A DNA stretch of 63,219 nucleotides, the filler included. It is 9 parts of 9 records of this genome, joined end to end, with 100 filler letters (N's around TTAATTAATTAA, not from the genome) between each part and the next. Parts side by side here need not be neighbours in the genome. Positions count along the whole stretch, not along the records: positions 1 to 5,166 come from DRR723986_33155; positions 5,267 to 10,714 come from DRR723986_33181; 7 more parts are not named here. One strand, 5' to 3'. The translations under genes were made by a program, and so were the position numbers. Positions within the stretch are counted from its first letter, which is position 1. Each line of letters begins with the position of its first letter. Below the pieces are notes generated by a model. It was not told the origin of the DNA. It saw only the letters and a program-made list of their open reading frames with translations, and did no database searches. Of the stretch, positions 1-8,010 are shown piece after piece.

Positions 1-1
1 C

Positions 2-217
2 CTGCTGACCACCACCATGCCTTACATGAAGGTGGTGATCGATACGCTGGTCGAGCAAGGCATTCGCGACGACTATATCGTACTTGTTGGTGGTGCCCCG
101 CTGAACGAAGAGTTCGGAAAAGCCATCGGTGCTGACGCCTATTGCCGGGATGCAGCTGTCGCTGTGGAAACCGCCAAAGATTACATGGGCCGCAAGCACA
201 ACCAGATGAGCGCCTGA
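2..217 (+). CDS. Corrinoid (cobalamin-binding) protein, C-terminal part, 5' truncated
   Basis: LLTTTMPYM...VLVGGAPLNEEFGKAIGADAYCRDA matches the B12-binding domain (SxL-TTT, GGA motifs). The frame is open to the window start. Confidence 0.9.
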   Translation: MLTTTMPYMKVVIDTLVEQGIRDDYIVLVGGAPLNEEFGKAIGADAYCRDAAVAVETAKDYMGRKHNQMSA

Positions 218-221
218 TCCG

Positions 222-950
222 ATGGTCAGACGCAGCAAATCGGCCCGCCCGCAACGGCGGGCCGTTTTGCCTCCTGCTGGGCATTCGTTAGATGACCAAA
301 GCCTGACAGAGACCGGCCTTGCCGCGCCGGAAAAAAAAGTTGGCCGTATCCTGTTGATTGCCTGTGGCGCGCTCGCACGCGAGATCCTGACCGTGAAGAC
401 CCGCAATGGTTGGGACCACATGGATCTGACCTGCTTGCCAGCAATCCTGCACATCCATCCAGAAAAGATCACCCAAGCGGTACGAGATTCGGTTGAGAAA
501 CATAGCGATATCTATGATCAGATCTTTGTGGTGTATGCTGATTGCGGCACCGGTGGGTTGCTCGAGGTGGCCTGTAAAGAGCTGGGCGTTGAGATGGTCA
601 AAGGCCCACATTGCTATTCGTTTTTCGAAGGCAATGATGTGTTCAACGCCCGGAAAGACGATGAAACAACAGCGTTTTATCTGACGGATTTTCTGGCGCG
701 CCAGTTTGATGCATTCATCTGGAAACCAATGGGCTTAGACCGGCATCCTGAATTGCGCGACATGTATTTTGGGAACTACACCAAAGTGGTCTATCAGGCG
801 CAACTCGATGATCCGGACCTGACCGCGCGCGCCAAAGACTGCGCCGACAAAATGGGTTTGGCATTTGAGCGCAGGTTCACCGGGTATGGAGACCTTGAAA
901 CCACGATGGCGCAGTGGGCGCGTTCAACGCCCACTGGTGACACGCATTAG
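222..950 (+). CDS. DUF1638 domain protein (implicated in cobalamin reactivation)
   Basis: Motifs LIACGAL, LPAILH, YADCGTGG, GPHCY and FYLTDFL. Lies directly after the corrinoid protein. True start may be further downstream. Confidence 0.8.
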   Translation: MVRRSKSARPQRRAVLPPAGHSLDDQSLTETGLAAPEKKVGRILLIACGALAREILTVKTRNGWDHMDLTCLPAILHIHPEKITQAVRDSVEKHSDIYDQIFVVYADCGTGGLLEVACKELGVEMVKGPHCYSFFEGNDVFNARKDDETTAFYLTDFLARQFDAFIWKPMGLDRHPELRDMYFGNYTKVVYQAQLDDPDLTARAKDCADKMGLAFERRFTGYGDLETTMAQWARSTPTGDTH

Positions 951-977
951 GCAAGCAGCAACCTGCCCTGCCCCTTG

Positions 978-1400
978 TCATCCGTTCGTTGCGACGTTCT
1001 CTGCGGCAACTTGCTGAATACGCTCAATCATCGAACGAAGTCCGTTTGAGCGTTGCGCCGACAGGTGATCATTCAAACCAAGGCGGGAAAGCTCACCACG
1101 TGCATCTGTTGTGGTGACATCCTGAACCGACAGATCGTTATAGAGCGAGCGCAACAAAGCAATCAGGCCTTGCACGATCATAGCGTCACTTTCGCCATCA
1201 AAACGAAACACGCCATCTTCGACCATCGGGTGCAACCAAACCTGACTCGCACATCCATGCACTTTGGTTGCAGGGACTTTGAGGGCCTCGTCCAATGGTG
1301 TCAGGGCCTTGCCCTGTTCGATCACGTAACGATAGCGATCTTCCCAATCTTCCAGAAACTCAAAATCCTCGACGATCGCTTCAAATGCGGGGCTGGCCAT
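978..1400 (-). CDS. sufE: SufE family Fe-S cluster assembly sulfur acceptor
   Basis: Motifs LEDWEDRYRYVIE, KVHGCASQVW, SDAMIVQGL and LSAQRSNGL. Start set at MASPAF. Confidence 0.93.
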   Translation of the reverse strand: MASPAFEAIVEDFEFLEDWEDRYRYVIEQGKALTPLDEALKVPATKVHGCASQVWLHPMVEDGVFRFDGESDAMIVQGLIALLRSLYNDLSVQDVTTTDARGELSRLGLNDHLSAQRSNGLRSMIERIQQVAAENVATNG

Positions 1401-1535
1401 GAATTTTCCTCTCAGAACGCGTTCGCAGTGACCTAAGCCTCTGGCTTGGGCCTGTCCAGCCCTGCGATGCCTTTTCAACAGGGTCTGGATGCGCTAACCG
1501 ATAGAGAGGAAAGTTTAAAAATCGGCAGGGTCCAT

Positions 1536-2069
1536 ATGCGCAAACCTCTGACAGTTCTTTTGACAGCCAGCCTGTTGCTATCCGCCTGTGGCGGCTGGAG
1601 CACGTCACGGGTTAATCCAACCAACTGGTTTGGGAGCAGCAGCTCAACCCCGGTCCCTGCGACTGAAGGCACAGCCGTTGCTGCAAACCCTCTGATCCCG
1701 GCCAATGCTGACCGACAAGGCGTTTTGTCACGCCCCGACCAAGTGGACAAAAGCGTCCCAATTCAGTCGATCACGGCCCTGTCGGTGGAACCAACAACAA
1801 CAGGGGCGATCCTGCGCGTTACTGGCTTAGCATCACGTCAGGGCGCCTATAACACTGGTCTTCGCCTAGACCGGTCCGAGGAAAATATCGCCAACGGTAC
1901 GCTTAGCTATACGTTCCGCGTGGTGTATCCCAATGAGCAGACCCTACAAGGTTCTGAACCTACACGCACCATCACAGAAGCCGTCAGCCTGTCCACCAAA
2001 GATTTGGAAGGCATCAAACTTATCCGCGTGGTCGGAGAGTTGAACGCACAGGAAACGCGTCGCCGTTAA
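1536..2069 (+). CDS. Hypothetical lipoprotein
   Basis: Signal peptide with lipobox LLLSAC followed by SRVNPTNWFG, typical of a conserved Rhodobacteraceae lipoprotein. Confidence 0.8.
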   Translation: MRKPLTVLLTASLLLSACGGWSTSRVNPTNWFGSSSSTPVPATEGTAVAANPLIPANADRQGVLSRPDQVDKSVPIQSITALSVEPTTTGAILRVTGLASRQGAYNTGLRLDRSEENIANGTLSYTFRVVYPNEQTLQGSEPTRTITEAVSLSTKDLEGIKLIRVVGELNAQETRRR

Positions 2070-2104
2070 GCGACGCGTCTTTCGCAACGCGCGGGCATCA
2101 CATG

Positions 2105-3262
2105 CTAGAGGGTGACAACTTTTACGGATTGCCCTTTGGCAGCCAATGCAATCTTGCCCTCGCACAATCGCAATGCGTCTTCGCCAAACACTTCGTACCG
2201 CCAACCAGACAAAGCAGGCACATCGCGTTCACCGGCTGCGATCGCGTCAAGATCTGAACTGGGCGCGATCAGTTTGGCAGCCACGCCTGCGCTTTCGGTT
2301 TTAGATTTCAAAAGAACCCGCAACAGATCAGCCAAAGCCGGATTCACCTGCAGCTTTTCACGCGATTTATCAACTTTCGGCAGCTTTTCCGGAGGGCAGT
2401 CAATGCCCCGCTTCACAGCGGCAAGAATCCCTTCGGCGATCACGCCTTTACGGGCCTCGCGCAGCAATAGCCGCGACCCACCCAAATCAGAAATTGTCTG
2501 CGGCTTCGTCGAAGCCAGTTCGACCAGTGCATCATCTTTGATGACACGGTTGCGGGGCACATTGTTGGTTTGGGCATGCGTTTCGCGAAATTTTGCGAGC
2601 TCTTTCACGACCGCAAGGAATTTTCCGGAATTCGTACGGGTTTTAACGCGTTTCCATGCCTCTTCGGGCTGGATGTCATAGGTCGCTGGATTGGTCAGAA
2701 TCTGCAACTCTTCTGCAACCCAGTGGCTGCGACCTGTCTTAGCCAATTCAGCTGCAAGGTACTCATAGATCTGCCGTAGATGGGTAACGTCAGCCAAAGC
2801 ATAAGTCTGTTGGGCTTGCGTCAATGGGCGTCGCGACCAATCCGTGAACCGAGAGGTTTTATCCAAGCCCTGTTTACAGATCTTGCGCACCAGCGTTTCA
2901 TATCCGGCCTGTTCGCCAAATCCGCACACCATCGCCGCCACTTGGGTATCAAACAAAGGCGTTGGGAAAACACCGGATTCGACCCAGAAAATTTCCAGAT
3001 CCTGACGCGCGGCGTGGAACACTTTGACGACATCTGGATTGCGGAACAAATCCAACAAAGGATCCAGCGATAGCCCTTCGGCCAGCGGATCAACCAACAC
3101 AGCGCTGCCTTCGTCAGTAGACGGATAGGCAAGCTGCACCAGACAAAGTTTGGAATAATATGTTCGTTCCCGCAGGAATTCGGTATCAACGGTAACATAG
3201 GGATGGGCGGCAGCCTGTTCGCAGAATGCTGCCAGCTCTTGCGTCGTGGTGAGGGTTTTCAT
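2105..3262 (-). CDS. rnd: Ribonuclease D
   Basis: DEDDy exonuclease motifs VDTEFLRERTYY, KVFHAARQD, FDTQVAA and YALADV, plus an HRDC region. Confidence 0.96.
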   Translation of the reverse strand: MKTLTTTQELAAFCEQAAAHPYVTVDTEFLRERTYYSKLCLVQLAYPSTDEGSAVLVDPLAEGLSLDPLLDLFRNPDVVKVFHAARQDLEIFWVESGVFPTPLFDTQVAAMVCGFGEQAGYETLVRKICKQGLDKTSRFTDWSRRPLTQAQQTYALADVTHLRQIYEYLAAELAKTGRSHWVAEELQILTNPATYDIQPEEAWKRVKTRTNSGKFLAVVKELAKFRETHAQTNNVPRNRVIKDDALVELASTKPQTISDLGGSRLLLREARKGVIAEGILAAVKRGIDCPPEKLPKVDKSREKLQVNPALADLLRVLLKSKTESAGVAAKLIAPSSDLDAIAAGERDVPALSGWRYEVFGEDALRLCEGKIALAAKGQSVKVVTL

Positions 3263-3391
3263 TCAGGTTTGGCTTCTTGTTCTTGTTTTTGTTCAATCCG
3301 CCAATCACTGGCGTGTCCGGTCTTGCATGCAACCATAGGCCGATGTTGGCTGCACTGCAAATCGCCGGTGTATTCTAACATGTGACACTTT

Positions 3392-3988
3392 CTAACGCAG
3401 GAGTATCGGTGTTCGATCCCCAAGCGCAAACCGGCGCAAAACCGCCGGGTAAAGCAGGTGTTCTTGCTTCAAAACCCGGGCCGCCAACAGATCTGGCGTA
3501 TCTTCGGGCAAAACATCGACTGTCGCTTGCCCCAGCACAGGGCCATCATCCAACGCGGCCGTCACTTCGTGCACCGTGCAGCCGTGATGTTCATCCCCGG
3601 CCTCGAGCGCACGCGCGTGAGTATGCAGACCTTTGTATTTGGGCAGCAGCGAGGGATGAATGTTCAACATCCGGCCTTGAAACTGGGATACAAAATCGCC
3701 GGTTAACACCCGCATGAACCCAGCGAGGCACACGATATCAGGTTCAGCAGCCAACAAAGGTTTGATCAGTTCCGCCTCAAACGCTGCACGGTCACCTTTG
3801 AATGGGCGATGATCCACCGCTGCTGTCGCGATACCACGTGCGGTGGCTTTCTTTAGGCCACCGGCCTCGGCATCATTGGACATGACCAGGCAGGCACGTG
3901 CAGGGTGATCGCCTGTCATGCTGTCCAGCAGCGCGACCATATTGGACCCACCACCGGACAGAAGAATTGCAACCTTTTTGTGGCTCAC
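3392..3988 (-). CDS. purN: Phosphoribosylglycinamide formyltransferase
   Basis: Motifs [33 protein letters not shown] and LDDGP. Overlaps the purM stop by 4 nt. Confidence 0.97.
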   Translation of the reverse strand: MSHKKVAILLSGGGSNMVALLDSMTGDHPARACLVMSNDAEAGGLKKATARGIATAAVDHRPFKGDRAAFEAELIKPLLAAEPDIVCLAGFMRVLTGDFVSQFQGRMLNIHPSLLPKYKGLHTHARALEAGDEHHGCTVHEVTAALDDGPVLGQATVDVLPEDTPDLLAARVLKQEHLLYPAVLRRFALGDRTPILLR

Positions 3989-5031
3989 AGCAGCGCGCCT
4001 GTATAGGCAACACCCGGCGTGCCCGTCACAACGCCCAACCGCGAGACCGTCTCACCCTGCTCGCTGAGCAATGCGGTCAGATCGTCTGCCTGATCTGCTG
4101 CACACACAACAATCATGCCGATGCCGCAGTTAAAGGTTTTCAGCATCTCAGCCTCAACAATACCGCCGGTTTCCGCCATCCACTGGAACACAGGTGCTAG
4201 CTCCCAGCTGTTCAGATCGATTGTGGCGCCCAGGTCGTCGGGCAGAACGCGTGGCAGGTTTTCAGTCAAGCCACCTCCCGTGATGTGGGCCAGCGCATGA
4301 ACGCCCCCTGCCCGTACAGCGGAGAGAACAGATTTTACATACAAACGTGTTGGCGTCAGCAAATCTTGCCCCACAGTGCCTTCGCCAAATGGGCTTTGCG
4401 AATCCCAATCCAGACCAGAAACTTCGACAAGACGCCGGACGAGAGAGTACCCATTTGAGTGTACGCCGTCGCTGGCAAGACCTAGCAGAACGTCGCCTTC
4501 CTGTACCCCTTCGGGCAAGGCCGTTCCGCGTTCCATGGCTCCAACCGAGAAGCCTGCAAGATCAAAATCGCCTTCGGGGTACATGCCCGGCATTTCCGCC
4601 GTTTCGCCACCGATCAAGGCACAACCAGATTTCTCACACCCTGTCGCGATGCCTTCGATGATCCGGGCTGCGGTTTCAGTTTCCAACTTTCCAGTCGCGA
4701 AATAATCAAGGAAAAACAGAGGCTCAGCACCCTGACATACCAAGTCATTTACGCACATCGCAACAAGATCGATACCAACGCCATCTACGTTTCCAGTATC
4801 AATAGCAATCCGCAGTTTGGTCCCGACACCATCTGTCGCGCCCACCAAAATGGGGTCATTATACCCTGCAGCCTTGAGGTCAAAGAGCGCCCCAAAGCCA
4901 CCCAAGCCACTCATCACACCCGAGCGATTGGTGCGTTTTGCAGCCGGTTTGATCCGATCGACCAAAGCGTTGCCCGCATCAATATCTACCCCAGCCTCGG
5001 CGTAGGTCATGCCGTTTTTGCCCGCTGTCAT
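3985..5031 (-). CDS. purM: Phosphoribosylformylglycinamidine cyclo-ligase (AIR synthetase)
   Basis: Motifs [37 protein letters not shown] and TFNCGIG. Start set at MTAGKNG. Confidence 0.97.
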   Translation of the reverse strand: MTAGKNGMTYAEAGVDIDAGNALVDRIKPAAKRTNRSGVMSGLGGFGALFDLKAAGYNDPILVGATDGVGTKLRIAIDTGNVDGVGIDLVAMCVNDLVCQGAEPLFFLDYFATGKLETETAARIIEGIATGCEKSGCALIGGETAEMPGMYPEGDFDLAGFSVGAMERGTALPEGVQEGDVLLGLASDGVHSNGYSLVRRLVEVSGLDWDSQSPFGEGTVGQDLLTPTRLYVKSVLSAVRAGGVHALAHITGGGLTENLPRVLPDDLGATIDLNSWELAPVFQWMAETGGIVEAEMLKTFNCGIGMIVVCAADQADDLTALLSEQGETVSRLGVVTGTPGVAYTGALL

Positions 5032-5137
5032 TGGTCCATCCTCATCATTGCTTTCGCGCGAATTATTCGATTGTGACTTAGTATGCAACGGTCAGGCTTG
5101 ACGCGGGCGCGGATCATGGTACGGAAGGGACAAAGAC

Positions 5138-5166
5138 GGGCCTGTAGCTCAATTGGTTAGAGCAGA
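5138..5166 (+). tRNA. 5' fragment of a tRNA gene, truncated by contig end (Ile/Ile2-like 5' sequence, anticodon not visible)
   Basis: GGGCCTGTAGCTCAATTGGTTAGAGCAGA gives the acceptor 5' strand plus a canonical D-arm (TAGCTCA..TGG..AGAGC). Confidence 0.8.
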
Positions 5167-5266
5167 NNNNNNNNNNNNNNNNNNNNNNNNNNNNNNNNNN
5201 NNNNNNNNNNTTAATTAATTAANNNNNNNNNNNNNNNNNNNNNNNNNNNNNNNNNNNNNNNNNNNN
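5167..5266. other. Artificial contig spacer. Identical spacers occur at 10715-10814, 19943-20042, 28533-28632, 33998-34097, 39590-39689, 48971-49070 and 54099-54198
   Basis: 100-nt N blocks with a central TTAATTAATTAA (stops in all frames). Genes are truncated and composition changes across the spacers. Confidence 0.99.
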
Positions 5267-5328
5267 CGGCACACGGAGTGTGCCTACTACTTTGGTCGGA
5301 CGGCATGCGGAGTGTGCCTACTACTTTG
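5267..5328 (-). repeat. Two tandem GTAG-type REP palindromes (34-nt period)
   Basis: CGGCACACGGAGTGTGCCTACTACTTTG (5267-5294) and CGGCATGCGGAGTGTGCCTACTACTTTG (5301-5328). The reverse strand reads GTAG-TAGGCACAC-TCC-GTGTGCCG, a hairpin with a GTAG foot. Confidence 0.8.
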
Positions 5329-5357
5329 TTTGCTTTGCGTGGTTGTTCTGACCAACG

Positions 5358-5396
5358 AAAAAAGCACCGACGTCTTTATCAGACGCCGGTGCTTTT
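5358..5396. terminator. Probable bidirectional intrinsic terminator
   Basis: AAAAAAGCACCGACGTCT-TTATC-AGACGCCGGTGCTTTT. Confidence 0.65.
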
Positions 5397-5531
5397 GCTT
5401 TCGAGTACGAATCACGCTTGCGAATCGAATTCAGGGAGGGTTACCCTGCTTACAGCAACTTGCTCGGGTAGCCGTTTCCCCGCAGAGGGGCAGGCTGACC
5501 GCCCAAAGTCGGCCCGCCGCTGGTCGGCCGC

Positions 5532-6338
5532 TTACAGGTCGTTCGAGCTTAGTAGTGTTTCCACTTCTGCTTGATCGTCCCCGAAGTATTGAGCGATTTC
5601 TTCAAGCAGCTCAGGTGAGGTCGTTTGGTCGAGTTGAATGCTGCCTTCCAAGCCACCAGCACTAGCAACCATTTGCTCCTTCACTTCGATGCGTGTTCCG
5701 ATATCATCGATCAGAGCTCGAGTGTCGCTGAGCAGGGTGTCATCCACAACGATTTGGCTGCTCGCTTGGGCAACGTCGACAAGTGTCAGGCGAGCTTCCA
5801 GGTCTTCAACCTGCACCTCAAGCTGACTCTTAGCCGCTAGCAGTTCATCGACGTGAGCCTTGGCGGCAGCGAGCTTCTTCTCGCGAGCACTCAGGATTTG
5901 AACAAGCTTATCCGTTGTAGCTTGATGTGCCTTGTGCTGCTTGAATCGACGTTCGAGGTCCTGCTGGACTTGATCTGCCGAGTAGGTTCTTCGGTTGTAA
6001 ACAAAGCGAATGCTGCCGCTCTGCAAGTCCGAAGTCAGGGTTCGGATTTCGTCTTGGCTCTTCGCCAACTGCTCTTGCTTGGTATCGATCTGCTCGGACA
6101 GCTTGCGGATTTCGACGCCTTCTTTGATCACTCGCTGCATGTTGCGTTCGATTTCGGGCTCGAGCTCGCCAATCATCTGGCGAGCACGGTTCAGTTCCCA
6201 TTCGACTGGCACGCTGTTGCGAACCGAATCGCTAGCGTGGTGGACGCCGGTTTTTACATAGCTCCACGCTCCTGTGCCAGCGACGGTTACGGCTCCAGCC
6301 AAACCGAGAACTCCCATTGCGATGAATTTCTTGCACAT
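5532..6338 (-). CDS. Signal/TM-anchored coiled-coil protein (PspA/IM30-like, planctomycete type)
   Basis: N-terminal hydrophobic segment, VPVEWELNRAR motif, then a long heptad coiled coil. Start set at MCKKF. Confidence 0.7.
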   Translation of the reverse strand: MCKKFIAMGVLGLAGAVTVAGTGAWSYVKTGVHHASDSVRNSVPVEWELNRARQMIGELEPEIERNMQRVIKEGVEIRKLSEQIDTKQEQLAKSQDEIRTLTSDLQSGSIRFVYNRRTYSADQVQQDLERRFKQHKAHQATTDKLVQILSAREKKLAAAKAHVDELLAAKSQLEVQVEDLEARLTLVDVAQASSQIVVDDTLLSDTRALIDDIGTRIEVKEQMVASAGGLEGSIQLDQTTSPELLEEIAQYFGDDQAEVETLLSSNDL

Positions 6339-6741
6339 TGTTTCGTCTCTCCAAACTCTTTGGGCTTTGCGGTTCAGCTCACTTCCAATGAGCCTTAACG
6401 CGTGATTCATTTTGTTTGGACTGCTTCCTGGCCTCGTGTTGAAGGCCGTGCCATATCGAGCTGTTGCTGTCCATGAAGAGTTGTTCGCTCAGGGGCGATA
6501 GAATCTTGGCAATCGAAAGCATTTTTTTCAAAGCCCGGCGTGCATTCGGTCTGTGTTTATGCTCCGGAGGCAGTTTTCTTGCTGTAAGTTGCTTCTCTGT
6601 AACGACTTAGGTGTGAGACTCGGCAGCTTGGTTCACCTCTTCAGAAACGCAAACCGTAGCCCTTCTGGCAGAATAGAATAAAGCTCCCGCCTCTCCCCTC
6701 CCCTATGACTTCCAGACCTCCAACCAGCCGAGAATGCCCGA

Positions 6742-8010
6742 ATGCACCAAAACACAAGCCGACGGACGTTCGTTCGTGGAGCCGGTCTGGCACTCACGCT
6801 ACCACTTCTTGAAAGGGACGCGATTGCGGGCAAAGCGACGGCCGCGCCGATGCGAATGGTCTGCGTAGCCAACCCGCTTGGTTTCGTCGCCGACAACTTC
6901 TTCCCCAAGGAGGCGGGGCCGCTCGACGAGCTACCGCCCTTGCTGGAGCCGCTAGCGGATCTTCGAAGTCAGTTCAGTGTGTTTAGCAATCTCGATCATG
7001 GTGTCAGTGGCGGCCACCAAGCGGTTCACTCGTTTCTAAGCGGGATTCGCGATAACGAATCGAGCCAGTGGGAAAGTAGAAACATCACGGTAGACCAACG
7101 TGCTGCGGAGTTAGGTGTTGGCCAAACCCGATTCCCATCGCTTGTCGCCAGCGTAGGGGCCAACTCGGGTGAATTGGAGTGCCGCACATCCTGGACACGC
7201 ACCGGAGTGAACGTACCGCCGGTCACGCATCTGCGACCATTGTTCGAGTCGCTATTCGTTAGTCGAAATGCCGCTGAGCGAGCCAAGGGGCGTGCGACTC
7301 TCCAGAAGCACGCGAGTGTATTAGATGCTGTGCATGAGCAGGCGAAGGACCTGGAGCGAAGTCTCGGCAAAGCGGATCGAGAGAAGCTGGAAGAGTATCT
7401 CACCAGCGTGCGGAGTGTCGAAAAACGGCTCGACATTTCGAAGCAGTGGATTGATCGACCCAAGCCGAAGGTGGATATGGGGCAGCCCGCGCCGGACCAA
7501 TCGTTCACACGGCGACTTCCGCTGTTCTACGATCTGATTCGATTGGCACTCGCGACGGATTCAACCCGCGTTTGTTCTTTGAGCATTCCGGGAAACTTGC
7601 CTGTGCAAGACCTTGGGCTTCAAGGAAATTACCATGCATTTTCGCATCACGGGAAAACGGATCGTCTTCTCAAGCCGCTGTTCACGATCGAGCGGTTTCA
7701 GATGCAACAATTAGCCATGTTCCTCAAGTCGCTCGCGGATACGGCCGAGCCCGATGGAAAGACGCTGCTGGACAAGACGATCGTACTCGCTGGCAGCGGT
7801 ATGGGTAACGCAAGCTCGCACAGCAACAGGAATCTACCTGTTCTGCTAGCAGGTGGTGGTTTTCAGCATGGTCGTCATCATGTGATGCCGGAAGAAAAGC
7901 ATCGCCGAATCCCTTTGGCGAATCTGTTCACGACCATGCTCCAGCAGTTTGGTGACCGGGAAACGCAGCGGTTCAATAAAGCCACTGGAAACCTAAGTGA
8001 GGTACTTTAG
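6742..8010 (+). CDS. DUF1552 domain protein (Tat signal)
   Basis: Motifs SRRTFVRGAG..LPLL, ITVDQ, SVLDAV, DREKLEEYLTSVRSVE, DSTRV, YHAFSHH and HSNRNLPVLLAGGG. Confidence 0.9.
   Translation: MHQNTSRRTFVRGAGLALTLPLLERDAIAGKATAAPMRMVCVANPLGFVADNFFPKEAGPLDELPPLLEPLADLRSQFSVFSNLDHGVSGGHQAVHSFLSGIRDNESSQWESRNITVDQRAAELGVGQTRFPSLVASVGANSGELECRTSWTRTGVNVPPVTHLRPLFESLFVSRNAAERAKGRATLQKHASVLDAVHEQAKDLERSLGKADREKLEEYLTSVRSVEKRLDISKQWIDRPKPKVDMGQPAPDQSFTRRLPLFYDLIRLALATDSTRVCSLSIPGNLPVQDLGLQGNYHAFSHHGKTDRLLKPLFTIERFQMQQLAMFLKSLADTAEPDGKTLLDKTIVLAGSGMGNASSHSNRNLPVLLAGGGFQHGRHHVMPEEKHRRIPLANLFTTMLQQFGDRETQRFNKATGNLSEVL

Noticed and set aside
2112-2681. Long antisense ORFs over rnd, and similar ones over purM, ftsZ, cusA and the propeller genes
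   Set aside because: Shadow ORFs of well-supported genes on the opposite strand, with no recognisable motifs.
5167-5266. Recurrent TTAATTAATTAA motif within N-runs (8 times)
   Set aside because: Artificial concatenation linker. Gene neighbourhoods across these spacers are not biological.
5267-5328. Possible CRISPR array (28-nt direct repeats)
   Set aside because: Only a 6-nt spacer and two copies, with REP-like GTAG hairpin structure and no cas genes.
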